Made by a program: the position numbers and the translations under genes | Source: Octopus sinensis | Taxonomy: Eukaryota | Assembly: GCF_006345805.1 (NCBI RefSeq) | Contig: NC_043020.1 | Location: 14,570,001 to 14,634,000, forward strand | DNA: 64,000 nucleotides | Direction of reading: 5' to 3' | In this document: one piece after another, positions 51,831-64,000 of the stretch | How the letters are laid out: every line of letters starts with the position of its first letter | Position numbering within the stretch: position 1 is the stretch's first letter | Notes under the pieces: generated by a model | Databases searched by the model: none | What the model was told of the DNA's origin: nothing | The model's input: the letters and a program-made list of their open reading frames with translations, nothing else

Positions 51831-53514
51831 GGTTAGGTAATGCACACAGAGTTACTACATCTGATATCTCTTATACTCGATTTTTCTCTCAACACACACT
51901 TTGTCGTACATGCATACTGACATTGCACACCTAGTGAAGCATCCTGGCTAATTTCTTTTAAGCTTTTGCACGTCCTCTGCAGTTACATTTCACTACTATG
52001 TATCATAGCCATTTGTACACAAGCTTTGTACAATCTGCCTTTCACTCAGAGGGGAGGCCTATTGTGACCAAGAAAGGTAACAGCTCTTTGAACAGGATGG
52101 AAAGCAGATGTTAAATGGTCAATAAAGAAACAATAACATTGAGTGGCTGTGTGGTAAGTAGCTTGCTTACCAACCACATGGTTCCGGGTTCAGTCCCACA
52201 GCATGGCACCTTGGGCAAATGTCTTCTACTATAGCCTCGGGCCGACGAAAGCCTTGTGAGTGGATTTGGTAGACGGAAACTGAAAGAAGCCCGTCATATA
52301 TATGTATATATATATATATGTATGTGTGTGTATATGTTTGTGTGTCTGTGTTTGTCCCCCTAGCATTGCTTGACAACCGATGCTGGTGTGTTTACGTCCC
52401 CGTCACTTAGCGGTTCGGCAAAAGAGACCGATAGAATACGTACTAGGCTTACAAAGAATAAGTCCCGGGGTCGATTTGCTCGACTAAAGGTGGTGCTCCA
52501 GCATGGCCGCAGTCAAAGGACTGAAACAAGTAAAAGAGAGTATACAAACAATATGTTAGCTCCATCATGAATTATGCTATGTTCACTGAAGCCACCAATC
52601 TCTTTATTGTGTGCTACCATAATCTAGAAAATAGCACCACGTTATCATAGGTCACATATAAATCAACAGGAAGCATGAGGTCAAGAGTTTGTTGTTGGCA
52701 CAGAAAGTATCAACCCGGACAATCTGTATCACAGATAGGTTAACTCTTTTAAACCAACCTGTCTGAAACTGCAACTGGTTCTATTATACAAATTGCTGTT
52801 TTAACCCTTTAGCATTCAAACCGGCCATATCCGGCCAGAATACTTAACCTGTTTTATATTGAAACTGACCAGAGCTTGCCTCTTAACTCAGCCTACCATG
52901 TCATTCTAAAACTAAAAAAACCACATCACTGAAATCTCTAAACTGCAAGATAATGCATGACTAATTCAATCCATTTTAAATAAACAAACATCACATTTGA
53001 GAGAATAATCTGAACACTAAAGGGTTAAATGTAATTTAAATTAAAACTTTCCGCTGAAATTTCATGTTAATTTTTGTTCCAAACACTAGCTTAATAATGG
53101 TTTCAAATTCTGGCACATGTCCAGCAAGTTCAGGAGAGGGGGAGTGGGGCGCGTGGATTACATCAACTCCAGTATTTGACTGGGACTTATTTTATTGACC
53201 TCAAAAGGATGAAAAGCAAAGTTGACCTCAACAGAATTTGAACTCAGAACACAAAGACAGATGAATGCCACTAAGCATTTTGCTTGGCATTTCATTCATT
53301 TTCATTTTATCTAGTTTCAGCTCACAAGCTGTGGCCATGCTGGGGCATCGCCATGCTGACGTTTCTACCAGTTCTCTGCTTACACCAGTTTAATCATGAC
53401 AAAGTAATCTTACTAAATTCTTTATTGTTTTCAAAATTAATTGAAACAAGGGCAGGGTATTTCAACAAAAATATCATAACAAAAAAAAAATATCATATAA
53501 TAAATTTCTTGTAC

Positions 53515-53569
53515 CTTTGTAATTTTAAGACATACTGTATTCCAGATTCTGTAGCAACAATATAGACAT
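53515..53569 (-). CDS. RIOK2: RIOK2 exon 4 (DVYIVATESGIQYVLKLQR)
   Basis: Contains the ATP-binding Lys. ttccag acceptor, gtacaa donor, 55 nt, phases fit the neighbouring exons. Confidence 0.9.
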
Positions 53570-53603
53570 CTGGAAAGAAAATTTAACAGAAAATATATAA
53601 ATA

Positions 53604-53909
53604 CTAGCAGTATCGCCTGGCGTTGCTCGGGTTTGTAAGGGAAATAACTATATAAGCACTTTTAGAGAGTTACTTCCCTTATATAAACCGAGCGAAAATG
53701 CATTAAAAATGAGGAAAAATTATGGTAATTTTTTTTTAAATCATAGACTCATCGTAGATGCGCGCTAATACCCAGAAGGGCTTGATATGAATCACGACTA
53801 TAAGATACTCGCTTTTGGTTAAACTGCACCGCAAAATGTGCACCGCAAATTTAGGAATCTAAATCGGTGTAGACAGACACACACACAACTACATTTTTAT
53901 ATATAAAGA
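53604..53909 (-). mobile_element. Helitron-type element, same family, internally deleted
   Basis: Reverse complement of both ends of 21356-21751. Confidence 0.8.
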
Positions 53910-54409
53910 TTATAACATTCCATAGAATTGAGTGCTGTTTGTCCTATTCAAGAAAGAGTATCTTATGCAAATGTGCTTTTGTGAAACTGAAGACGAATAA
54001 ATTTATTAAGTATGAAAACTTCCAGAGAAACTAGGGTGCCCCCCCACTACACCAACCACCATCCTTTCTGGATTCTTCTGGAAACATTTCACAGGAAAAA
54101 TATAAATTGGATAAAAGCTGAAATCTGCTACCCCACCACACACATACATACACCAGCTAGCAATTGTAAGGAAAAACAATTCACTCATTTTGATATTATG
54201 ATTGAAGAAGTGTGGGGCTGTGTCCAGTTTTTTTTTGTTTTTTCCCATGTTATTAAAAAATGTTATATTACTTTGAAGAAATTATAAATGAATATTAAAA
54301 AAATTCTTAAGGTATAAAGTTTATTTGTATAGTAAACATAAATTATAATGCTTAATATTACAAGATTTGCTTCTGTTTTAAATGTCAACTTCTGTTTGAA
54401 TTCCATATA

Positions 54410-54810
54410 TAAACAAATAGTTTTTCTTCGCGTTCGGAAGATATTTGTAAGCCACTCAAGAACACACAAAAACCATTGGTTTTGTTTCAACATTTAAATT
54501 TCATTTGTGTCAAAATATTTTTGTCACTTTGAAACCGTGACCTGTTCACTGTTGTGTCGAAATATTTTCATTGCTTTGAAACTGAGACCTGCACACTGAC
54601 AAAACTTCACCAAATTTTGTCAGTGAGCAGGTTGCAGTTTCAAAGCAATGAAAATATTTTGACACAAATGAGATTTAAATGTTGAAGCGAAACTAATGGC
54701 TTTTGTGTGCTCTTGAATGGCTTACAAATATCTTCCACACTACAATTGTTTTTGTTTCAGCACATGATCTCACACGAAGTCACTTGCTATGCAAATACAT
54801 CTCCATAAAG
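54410..54810. repeat. Long imperfect palindrome; right arm also present at window positions 1-200
   Basis: gacctgcacactgacaaaa / ttttgtcagtgagcagg centre. The right arm matches 8-198. Confidence 0.7.
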
Positions 54811-55100
54811 AGTGTAATAAAATGAGAAAAAAAAACAAAACAAAACCAATCTTTCTATAATATAATAATTGAAGAAGTGTAGGACTGTGTCCAGTTTTTT
54901 GGTTTTTTTTCTTCATGTTTTAAAAAAAAGTTACATAGGTGAAGGAATGGCTGTGTGGTAAGTAGCTTGTTTACCAACCACATGGCTCCGGGCTCATTCC
55001 CACTGCATGGCACCTTGGGCAAGTGTCTTCTACTACAGCCTTGGGCCGACCAAAGCCTTGTGAGTGGATTTGGTAGACAGAAACTGAAAGAAGCCCATCG

Positions 55101-55139
<39 letters not shown>

Positions 55140-55469
55140 TTGTGTGTCAGTGTTTGTCCTCCCAACATCGCTTGACAACCGATGCTGGTGTGTTTACGTC
55201 ACCGTAACTTAGCGGTTCGGCAAAAGAGGCCGATAGAATAAATACTAGGCTTACAAAGAATAAGTCCTGGGGTCAATTTGCTCAACTAAAGGCAGTGCTC
55301 CAGCATGGCCACAGTCAAATGACTGAAACAAGTAAAAGAGTATATCACTTTGAATAAATTATAAATGAATATTAATCTTGGATTATTTTACTGATTACAG
55401 AATAAACTAGAACAGAGTCTTTCTCCAATTCATGTGCAAATTGTCAATTTACTTTATAATTTATATATC

Positions 55470-55865
55470 ACAAGCAGTATCGCCCGGCGTTGCTTGGGTT
55501 TGTAAGGGAAATAACTATATAAGCATTTTTAGAGATGTAAAGAATAATAGCCATCTCAATATGGCTAACCACAAAGGGGGGGGTGTTACTGTAGCTTTTT
55601 ACGTTCTGAGATTAAATAATAAATTTTTAGAGAGTTACTTCCCTTATATATGCCAAAAGTGCATTAAAAATGAGAAAAATTGATGGTAAATATTTTTTAA
55701 ATTGTAGACTCATTGTAGACGCGCGCTAATACCCAGAAGGGCTCGATATGAATCACGACTATAAGATACCCGGTTTTGGTTAAACTGCACCGCAAAATGT
55801 GGGAGTCGTTTGGAATCTAATCATAGGAGACAGACAGCACACAACCTCACTTTTATATATAAAGA
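55470..55865 (-). mobile_element. Helitron-type element, same family
   Basis: Near full-length reverse-complement copy of 21356-21751. Confidence 0.8.
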
Positions 55866-55984
55866 TATCTATATGTATATATAATATCAATATGCGCAAT
55901 ACATATGCTAGCAGAAAACTGCATGGAGGGCAGTTTTTCTGCTAGTATCCTTGAATTATCTTTTATCACTTCATCAGTAAACTA

Positions 55985-56188
<204 letters not shown>

Positions 56189-58028
56189 TTAAAACTATAA
56201 ACAAACTAGGATGTGTAGAGCTAATTACAAGAAAGACTTGGCACCTCTGTAACAAATCCTTTTATATCATCATCATCATCATCATCGTTTAGCGTCTGCT
56301 TTCCATGCTAGCATGGGTTGGACGGTTCAGTTGGGGGCTGGGAAGCCAGAAGGCTGCACCAGGCCCAGTTTGATCTGGCAGTGTTTCTACAGCTGGATGC
56401 TCTTCCTAACGCCAACCACTCCATGAGTGTAGTGGGTGCTTTTTATGTGCCCCGGCACAGGTGCCAGACGAGGCTGGCAAACAGCCATGATCGGATGGTG
56501 CTTTTTACGTGCCACCGGCAAGGAGTGCCAAACATATTGCTGTCCTGGGTATGACTAAACTACATTTAGTAGTGAGGTCTTGGGATGGGAGTTCTAGGGT
56601 TTTGAAAAATGAGGAACCACCTCTTAGTGCCTATTGTTTCCAGGTCTACTCTGACCTGGAGTAGCAGCACCTGACGGGGTTCCAGCCTTGGAGTGCTTTG
56701 GGAAAGGAAAAGGCAAGGGAAGTCACCCTTTTCAGTAATTCAAAGAATGAAGTCCCTCAAGTGGTCCAGTGTCATCTTTGACACCCTCCCAGCAACTCCA
56801 GAGTAGATGGAGAACCCAAGCCCTGTAAGGCAATTCACCTAGGAGAAAGCTACTCCAGTGTAAAACCTACAGCTTGCTGGTCACTACAGCTGTCTTAGCT
56901 CACTGAGCCATTGTAGTCAGACCTCAAAGTTTAAAGAGTGAGAATGGATTGAGCAAAGTGACTCTCACTTTAAAGATACTAAGTGCAATCAAGAAGACAA
57001 GTGTGTGGAGGCACATGGTCTAGTGGTTAGAGCAGCGGACTCGCGGTCGAGGGATTGTGGGTTCGAATCTCAGACCGGACGATGTGTGTGTTTATGAGCG
57101 AAACACCTAAGCTCCATGCGGCTCCAGCAGAAGGTAATGACGAAACTTCTGCTGACTCTTCCGTCACAACTTTCTCTCACTCTTTCCTCCTGCATCTTGC
57201 AGCTCACCTGCGACGGACTGGTGTCCCATCCAGGTGGGGAACCTATATGCCAAGAAACCGGGAAACCGGCCCTTATGAGCCAGGCATGGCTTGAGAAGGA
57301 ACAAACAAAAAGAAGACAAGTCCTACAGCCTCAAAGATCAGTTTACATAGCCATTTGAAGGCATGCTGCTCTTTTTCATGACCTTCAGACACAAAGAAAA
57401 TGCCATCCTCAGAAGTTACACAATCATAGATCAAGCATATTTAAGGAATATGTTTACTTGTAGAAAACTTTCAACATAGAAATATAGGCTTCAAATTTTG
57501 GCACAAGGTCAACAATTTCAGAGGAGGAGGTAAGTTGATTACATCAACCCCAGTGTTTAACCCTTTAGCATTCATATTAATTTGGCAAAATTTATCTGAT
57601 ATTATTTTGTAGCTTCAAAACAGGAAAGATGTAATTGCTTATTTTAAGAAAGACATTGCAGGGTAGGTGCGAGAATTTGAACTCAGAACATAAAGACAGA
57701 CAAAATGTCACTAAGCATTTTTCCCAGCACGGTAATGATTCTGCCAGCTCACCACCTTCTTTCGACACAGAAATATGGGTTTTAAATTCTGGCATAAGGA
57801 CGGCAAGTTCAGGAGATCGGGTTAGTTCGATTACATTAACCAAAGTGCTCAACTGGTACTTATCTTATTGACCCCAAAGGGATGAAAGGCAAAGTCGACC
57901 TCAGTGGAATTTGAACTCAGAAGATAAAGATAGACGAAATGCCACTAAGCATGGTAACGGTTCTGCCAGTTGGTTGAATTTTTCAACATAGAAATATTGC
58001 TAAAAATATTTAAACTCATTCTCTATAC

Positions 58029-58229
58029 CAGTGCTTTTCAACCTTTTTGCTGGAGCGGAACCCCAAGGAAACATTCCACTGGCTCGAGGAACCCCTGTGC
58101 AATAATTTAATAGTCTTATGCACACATATCTGCACAGGTGAATTAAAAATTACTGCCAATTTTAGCAGTTTTGTAACTTCTTGCGGAACCCCTGGACTGT
58201 ACTGGCGGAACCCTGGTTGAAAACCACTG
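58029..58229. mobile_element. hAT-type MITE
   Basis: TIR cagtgcttttcaacc / ggttgaaaaccactg; internal ggaaccc repeats. Confidence 0.7.
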
Positions 58230-58599
58230 TTGTAGACTAATGAACTTCACGTCAACTTCCAGTTAGTTTGATGCTCCACAAATAAGTTGGTCTTTATTAA
58301 TTTTTCAATTCTGTCAGATAAATAAAGTAGAGGATGCTTACTGCTCTTCAATATTTTACTAAAAGTAGAATCCAGAATTAGTTACTGGACATCCTGGAAT
58401 CACAAACTTTCTATCATAATCCCACAGATAAGATTCTTCATTATTTAACCCATTGAGCAACTCATTATCCTTACTGTATCAAACCAACAGGAAAGGCTGG
58501 GTCGAAGAAGGAACTTCAAATTCAACATTCCCTCAGCTTGTTAGAAATAGCAGCCAAATCTCCTTCAAACCACACTTTACTGTGTTAAAAATAAAGACA

Positions 58600-58905
58600 T
58601 ATTGGACAACAGATAGGCATCCGTTGGTCTTCAGAGACCATGGATCTGTGATTAGAGAATTTGTGTCAGATACTGATGATGGTAGTGTCTACTGTGGCTG
58701 TACAAGCCCGCATGCAATGACTGCATCTGACGAAGTGCTCCACTGGCACTACTGACTTCTTTTCTTTGAGTGCACTTTTCATTGGTGGCAAATTCCAATT
58801 TCTCTTCCCCTTAGGTAATATTTGTCTCCAGCATGGGCAATCATTTGTGACCTCCTCCAGTCCCAGGATGTCCAGATCTACTGACTTCATATCTCTCTTG
58901 CATTT
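58600..58905 (-). mobile_element. Degenerate RTE-type LINE 3' fragment
   Basis: Minus-strand translation resembles an RTE C-terminus (DxxxWR followed by a CxxC remnant). Confidence 0.45.
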
Positions 58906-59033
58906 AATGATCTAGTCATAAATATCACTACAGGATGTTCCAAGCTGGAATCCTTTGATCATAAATTTGCTTGACGAGGCTGACCTGGGGCTATACAAAA
59001 ACAACATAAAAACAAAAAAAGGAAGAAATTTTA

Positions 59034-59216
<183 letters not shown>

Positions 59217-60831
59217 TTATCTATATAAAGAATTTCATTGGATCTTTACTCTTTTACTTGTTTCAGCCATTTGACTGCGGCCATGCTGGAGCACCGCCTT
59301 TAGTCGAGCAACTCGACCCCGGGACTTATTCTTTTTGTAAGCCCAGTACTTATTCTATCGGTCTCTTTTTGCCGAACCGCTAAGTGACGGGGACGTAAAC
59401 ACACCAGCATCGGTTGTCAAGCAATGCTAGGGGAACAAACACAGACGCACAAACACACACACATACATACGACAGGCTTCTTTCAGTTTCCGTCTACCAA
59501 ATCCATTCACAAGGCATTGGTTGGCCCGGGGCTATAGCAGAAGACACTTGCCCAAGATGCCACGCAGTGGGACTGAACCCGGAACCATGTGGTTGGTTAG
59601 CAAGCTACTTACCACACAGCCACATTCTGCAGATTCTACCATTGCCCTTTCAGTACCGCCAGTCATCACTCCCTCTTACCAGACAATTTACCATTGACAT
59701 TCATTAATCCCTCTCACCAGACAATTTACCATTGACATTCACCAATCCTTCTTACCACAGTCCACTTTTATTTCTATCCATCTCTTTCACCCAAATCTAA
59801 CAACATACTGTACATGAGAAGACCTGTCCATCTCAGCAGAATTGAGGTTCTGTCAAGCCCTTCCCCCACAACTAACACCCATTCTTTCATCAATCTTCTA
59901 CGTTACCCTATTTCCTTCCTTCACTTCCCCCTCATTGCACTGATATTCTCTGTATCCAACTCATTCTCTATCACTAATAATGTCACACACTTTTCACTCT
60001 AGCACATCCACTCACCTTTTATGCTCTTCTATCATATTCTGTCTCTCGTATTTACCTTGTACTTTGACCTCACATCTCTTTTCCTCTTTCCTAGTAAGCA
60101 AGCCATGTATCCACCTCTTCAGCAAGACACCAGCTCCTGTCCTTCTATCCTAGTTTATTTGCCCTGGACACCATGCCAAACCTTCACTGACACCAACAAC
60201 GTCCTTCAAATGGTTCATATCAGTTTTGTCTTCTTCAATAGCACAAGACACAATCACTCTATATATCAGGAAAACAATACCCTAACCCACAATTCAAGAA
60301 CACAATGCAACTAAAACTCTCAAGGTCAGCACAAATATTTGGTCACACCATTACTATCTCGTCTCTCTCTGTCTTTTATATCAGACATACATCGATCTTT
60401 GATCTTTAAAGATGTCTGGTCTCATGTACCTTAACTCAGGTATTCCAAACTTCTTTCTTTCCCCTCATCACCTGTATTGTGCCACCCACCATCCAGAGTC
60501 ATACTAACTTTCACATCCAGTTCTTTCCCATGATGTCAGCCCTCAGGAATTCACTATCTGCCCACATTTTACCAGCAGTCAATTTGAAGACAAACATTAA
60601 TCACGTAGATCTTGGAGAAACTGAGGTCATGAACACAATTCATTCCTGAGACCAAACTTATATAAAACACCAGCACGATTTTTGGTTGTTGGCCTTCAGG
60701 CTAAGTTAATCACGTAGTATTCCTGCGTTTCTTACAACACAAATAACGACTGTGACAAAAAAAAAAAATCCCAAAATTTCGATTATTTTTACACCAACCC
60801 CGCCTACACACACATATACTTTCTGTACCTC

Positions 60832-61029
60832 TACTATTTAAGAAGAGTGGTCCCAGTGCAGGCACTCGTGCATCCGCGCTAGCTAGTCGTGACTAGTCGA
60901 TCCTACGACTACCTAGCAAAGTAAATAAAACACAAAATAAATAATTTGGATTTATAAATAAAACACAAAGGATCGACTAGTCACGATTAGCTAACGAGTA
61001 TGCGCACCAGGATCACTCTTCTTAAATAG
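60832..61029. mobile_element. MITE-like inverted repeat in RIOK2 intron 1
   Basis: Arms tactatttaagaagagtg...tagctagtcgtgactagtcgatcct and their reverse complement. Confidence 0.7.
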
Positions 61030-61944
61030 TACCGTGTCTCTTTCTTTTCTCATGGGGCATCGAAAGACAGTTATTCCAAACTGTGCTTTTTGATCTACAT
61101 TGTCCATTATATATCTCCTTCGTAAATCGTGATTTAGGAGAAAATTTACTGCTATTTCTAGCAGGTTGACCAATCACCAGGAAGCTTCCTTGTGCCTAGG
61201 GCCGACTTAACAGCAACATAAGCCTCCCCCCGATCAATGCAGTCGGGTTTCTATATACATAACCGTAGCATTTGGGTAAGGGATCGAAGCTGTCAAGTGT
61301 GCGCATATCTCAAGCCCTTCATGCCCGCGGCACCTAAAGATTATCAGCTGAGTGATGTGTTAGGAAATGAAAGAATAAATAAACTCGACCAGTATTTGTT
61401 TACGTTTGCAGTATTCACTTCTCATTCACAAAAACCATCGGAACCAATATCTTTGGAAAAAGACGAACTTTTCTCATACTTCCCTATATTCTAACATATG
61501 GATGTCGATGCATATAACTTTACAATTATACACACCCATCTAACATAGTTCTCAAAATCTACTTTCACATTTAACAGACAAATTTCAACAGTTTTTCTTA
61601 GTTCCTACATAATATATTTTCATAAATGGAAAATTACAAATACGTTGTTGGTGTTAAGATCATTACTGGGTCAAAACGACAATGATTTTTATTGAGGAAA
61701 GCAATACATGAAATGAAGATTTCACTTTTAAAACCTCTAAAACGTAGAATTAGTTTTCAACACAAAGCAAGGAAGATACTGTCAAAATAAAATTGAATTA
61801 AAATAAAATAAAATACACTGTTTTATGTGAAAGAAAGTATATACTATCAAAGTGTAAAAATATTATTATTAGAGACACGTGTGTGAGCTGAAGTCTCGAT
61901 CCTTACAAAAAATAGTTGATCACTAAAAATAACCATATACTCAC

Positions 61945-62010
61945 TGAGGTGATAACCCGGAAATCTTCCTGAGTTAAATAACGAAGTAATGTTGCATTCA
62001 GTTTACCCAT
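61945..62010 (-). CDS. RIOK2: RIO kinase 2 exon 1 (MGKLNATLLRYLTQEDFRVITS)
   Basis: Matches the RIOK2 N-terminus (human [22 protein letters not shown]). Donor gtgagt, phase 0. Confidence 0.92.
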
Positions 62011-63475
62011 TTTTAGTGGAGTTTATTAAATATACCAAATAATTGAAATAATTTTCATGTGGAACGTTATAAAATAGACAAGTTCGGGTTGTTGCCGGTG
62101 CTAACTAATAAAACGTCCCTCCTACGTAAATGATCTCAGCTGCTTTCTAAGTTACTTTAAAAGTTTAATTCCAAATGTTACTAACTAGAATCCTTAAACA
62201 CTGTACATATTGAATAATAATTCTCTAATCATGGTGTCTTAGCTAATCAATGATACTGAGTGATACCTGTAACATGTAGGGAGCCTCTAGTGGTCGCTCA
62301 AACTGCTAAAAATAATAGCCAAATATCCTTGAAATAACCTACCAACTTTAAAATAGGATACGTTAGGATACATAGTCCTAAAAAGACGGACCTGTCACTG
62401 CTGATATGTCATACATTATAGGTATGCCCAATAAGGGCCGTTCTTAGACTAAGCAACAACATTAAGGTTCTCTAAGAGATGTTTCAGAAACTCTTAAACC
62501 CTGTTGGTTATAGCAATTTACTTCATAAGTTGTATCATATGTTTAGTATATCATAAGTATCATTCATCAGTATCATAATTCAACGTCCGCGTTCCATGCT
62601 GGCTTGAGTTGGATGGTTTGACTGGAGCTGGCTAGGTAGAAGGCTGTACCAGGCTTCAGTGTCTGTTCTGGCATGTTTTTTTTTATGGCTGGATGCCTTT
62701 CCTAAGACTGACCACCCAAAAGAGTGGACTACTCAACAAAGGGATTATTTTCGGTTTTTCAGCGAAATTACCAGCTCATATCAATGAAACAACTATTTCC
62801 TCTTATAAGTAACGTTTTATTTTATCTTTCATACGTACTTGGCAGGGTCATAGAATGCTGAACAGTGTTGCACAATTTGTGCTAGTTAAGGCAGCAAGCT
62901 GGCAGGAATTTTTAGCATGCCAGGCAAAATGACTAGTGGCATTTGCTCTGTCTTTGCATTCCAAGTTCAAATTCTGCCATGGTTGACCTTGTCTTTCATC
63001 TTTTTGGGGTTGGGGGGTCAATAAAATAAGTACCAGTTAGAACACAGGGGTTAGCCTTGTGCCAAAATTTGAAATTAATATTTGTGCTAATACAATGTGG
63101 TGAGCTGGCTGAATTGCTAGCATGCTGGATAAAATACTTTGTAGCATTTTGTCCATCTTTATGTTCTGTGACTGGAAGGGAGAGGGAGGGATGTCATGAA
63201 GGGACTGGAAGAGGGACGAGATGATATCATGTCAGCGAGCAACAGGAAAAGACGGCCTCTTCCTTATAGGGTCTACAGGCATGGCAAGTCATGAGCTGCT
63301 AGCAGTCATGGTCTAGTGGTCCTAGCAGGCAAGGAATTGACTGAGTTGACATATGATTACAACTGTGAGATCTGTTTGGTTTTTCCCATGATGTGACATT
63401 TGGAGTGATTATCGCCGATTGCAACTCCAGGTAAGAGCAACTTTCATGCTTTTCAACAACACATGGAAAAGTGAA

Positions 63476-63646
63476 TGCGCAGGAGTGGCTGTGTGGTAAG
63501 TAGCTTGCTAACCAACCACATGGTTCCGGGTTCAGTCCCACTGCGTGGCATCTTGGGCAAGTGTCTTCTGCTATAGCCCCGGGCCGACCAATGCCTTGTG
63601 AGTGGATTTGGTTGACGGAAACTGAAAGAAGCCTGTCGTATATATT

Positions 63647-63679
<33 letters not shown>

Positions 63680-63910
63680 TTGTTTGTGTGTTTGTGTTTG
63701 TCCCCCTAGCATTGCTTGACAACCGATGCTGGTGTGTTTACGTCCCCGTCACTTAGCGGTTCAGCAAAAAGAGACCGATAGAATAAGTACTGGGCTTACA
63801 AAAAAAGAATAAGTCCCGGGGTCGAGTTGCTCGACTAAATGCGGTGCTCCAGCATGGCCGCAGTCAAATGACTGAAACAAGTAAAAGAGTAAAAAGAGTA
63901 AAAGAGAGAG
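63476..63910 (+). mobile_element. CORE-type SINE copy
   Basis: Full-length match to 4664-5058. Confidence 0.9.
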
Positions 63911-64000
63911 TTAAAATGATGATAAAGCTGGATCACTGTTGTGCTGATAACACCTTCTGAGGCAGAAACATATGTCCCAGCTGTCCATTTACCTCCAGAC

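Overview
Eukaryotic, AT-rich, repeat-dense animal DNA. The SINE and MITE repertoire is consistent with an octopus or other coleoid cephalopod (inference). Three protein-coding genes can be reconstructed by hand: (1) an intronless DNAJC16/ERdj8 CDS (15261..17549, minus, 762 aa); (2) a two-exon UPF0729/C18orf32 homolog (23226..23396 + 26519..26581, plus, 77 aa), head-to-head with DNAJC16; (3) a ten-exon RIOK2 (62010 down to 35390, minus, 516 aa, all GT-AG, phases consistent). The rest is transposon-derived: CORE-type and other tRNA-SINEs, an RTE-associated (GAT)n-tailed element with expandable internal minisatellites, CR1/L2 and RTE LINE fragments, a rearranged mariner, Helitron-type elements and several MITE or foldback families. 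The most striking signal is in the C18orf32 intron: a 61-nt inverted copy (42 nt perfect) of the end of its own coding exon 1 plus the 5' splice site. This looks like an exon-complementary sequence that could form dsRNA for ADAR editing or splice control. It sits next to a perfect 33-bp hairpin and promoter-like motifs. Most ORFs in the supplied track are spurious repeat translations.
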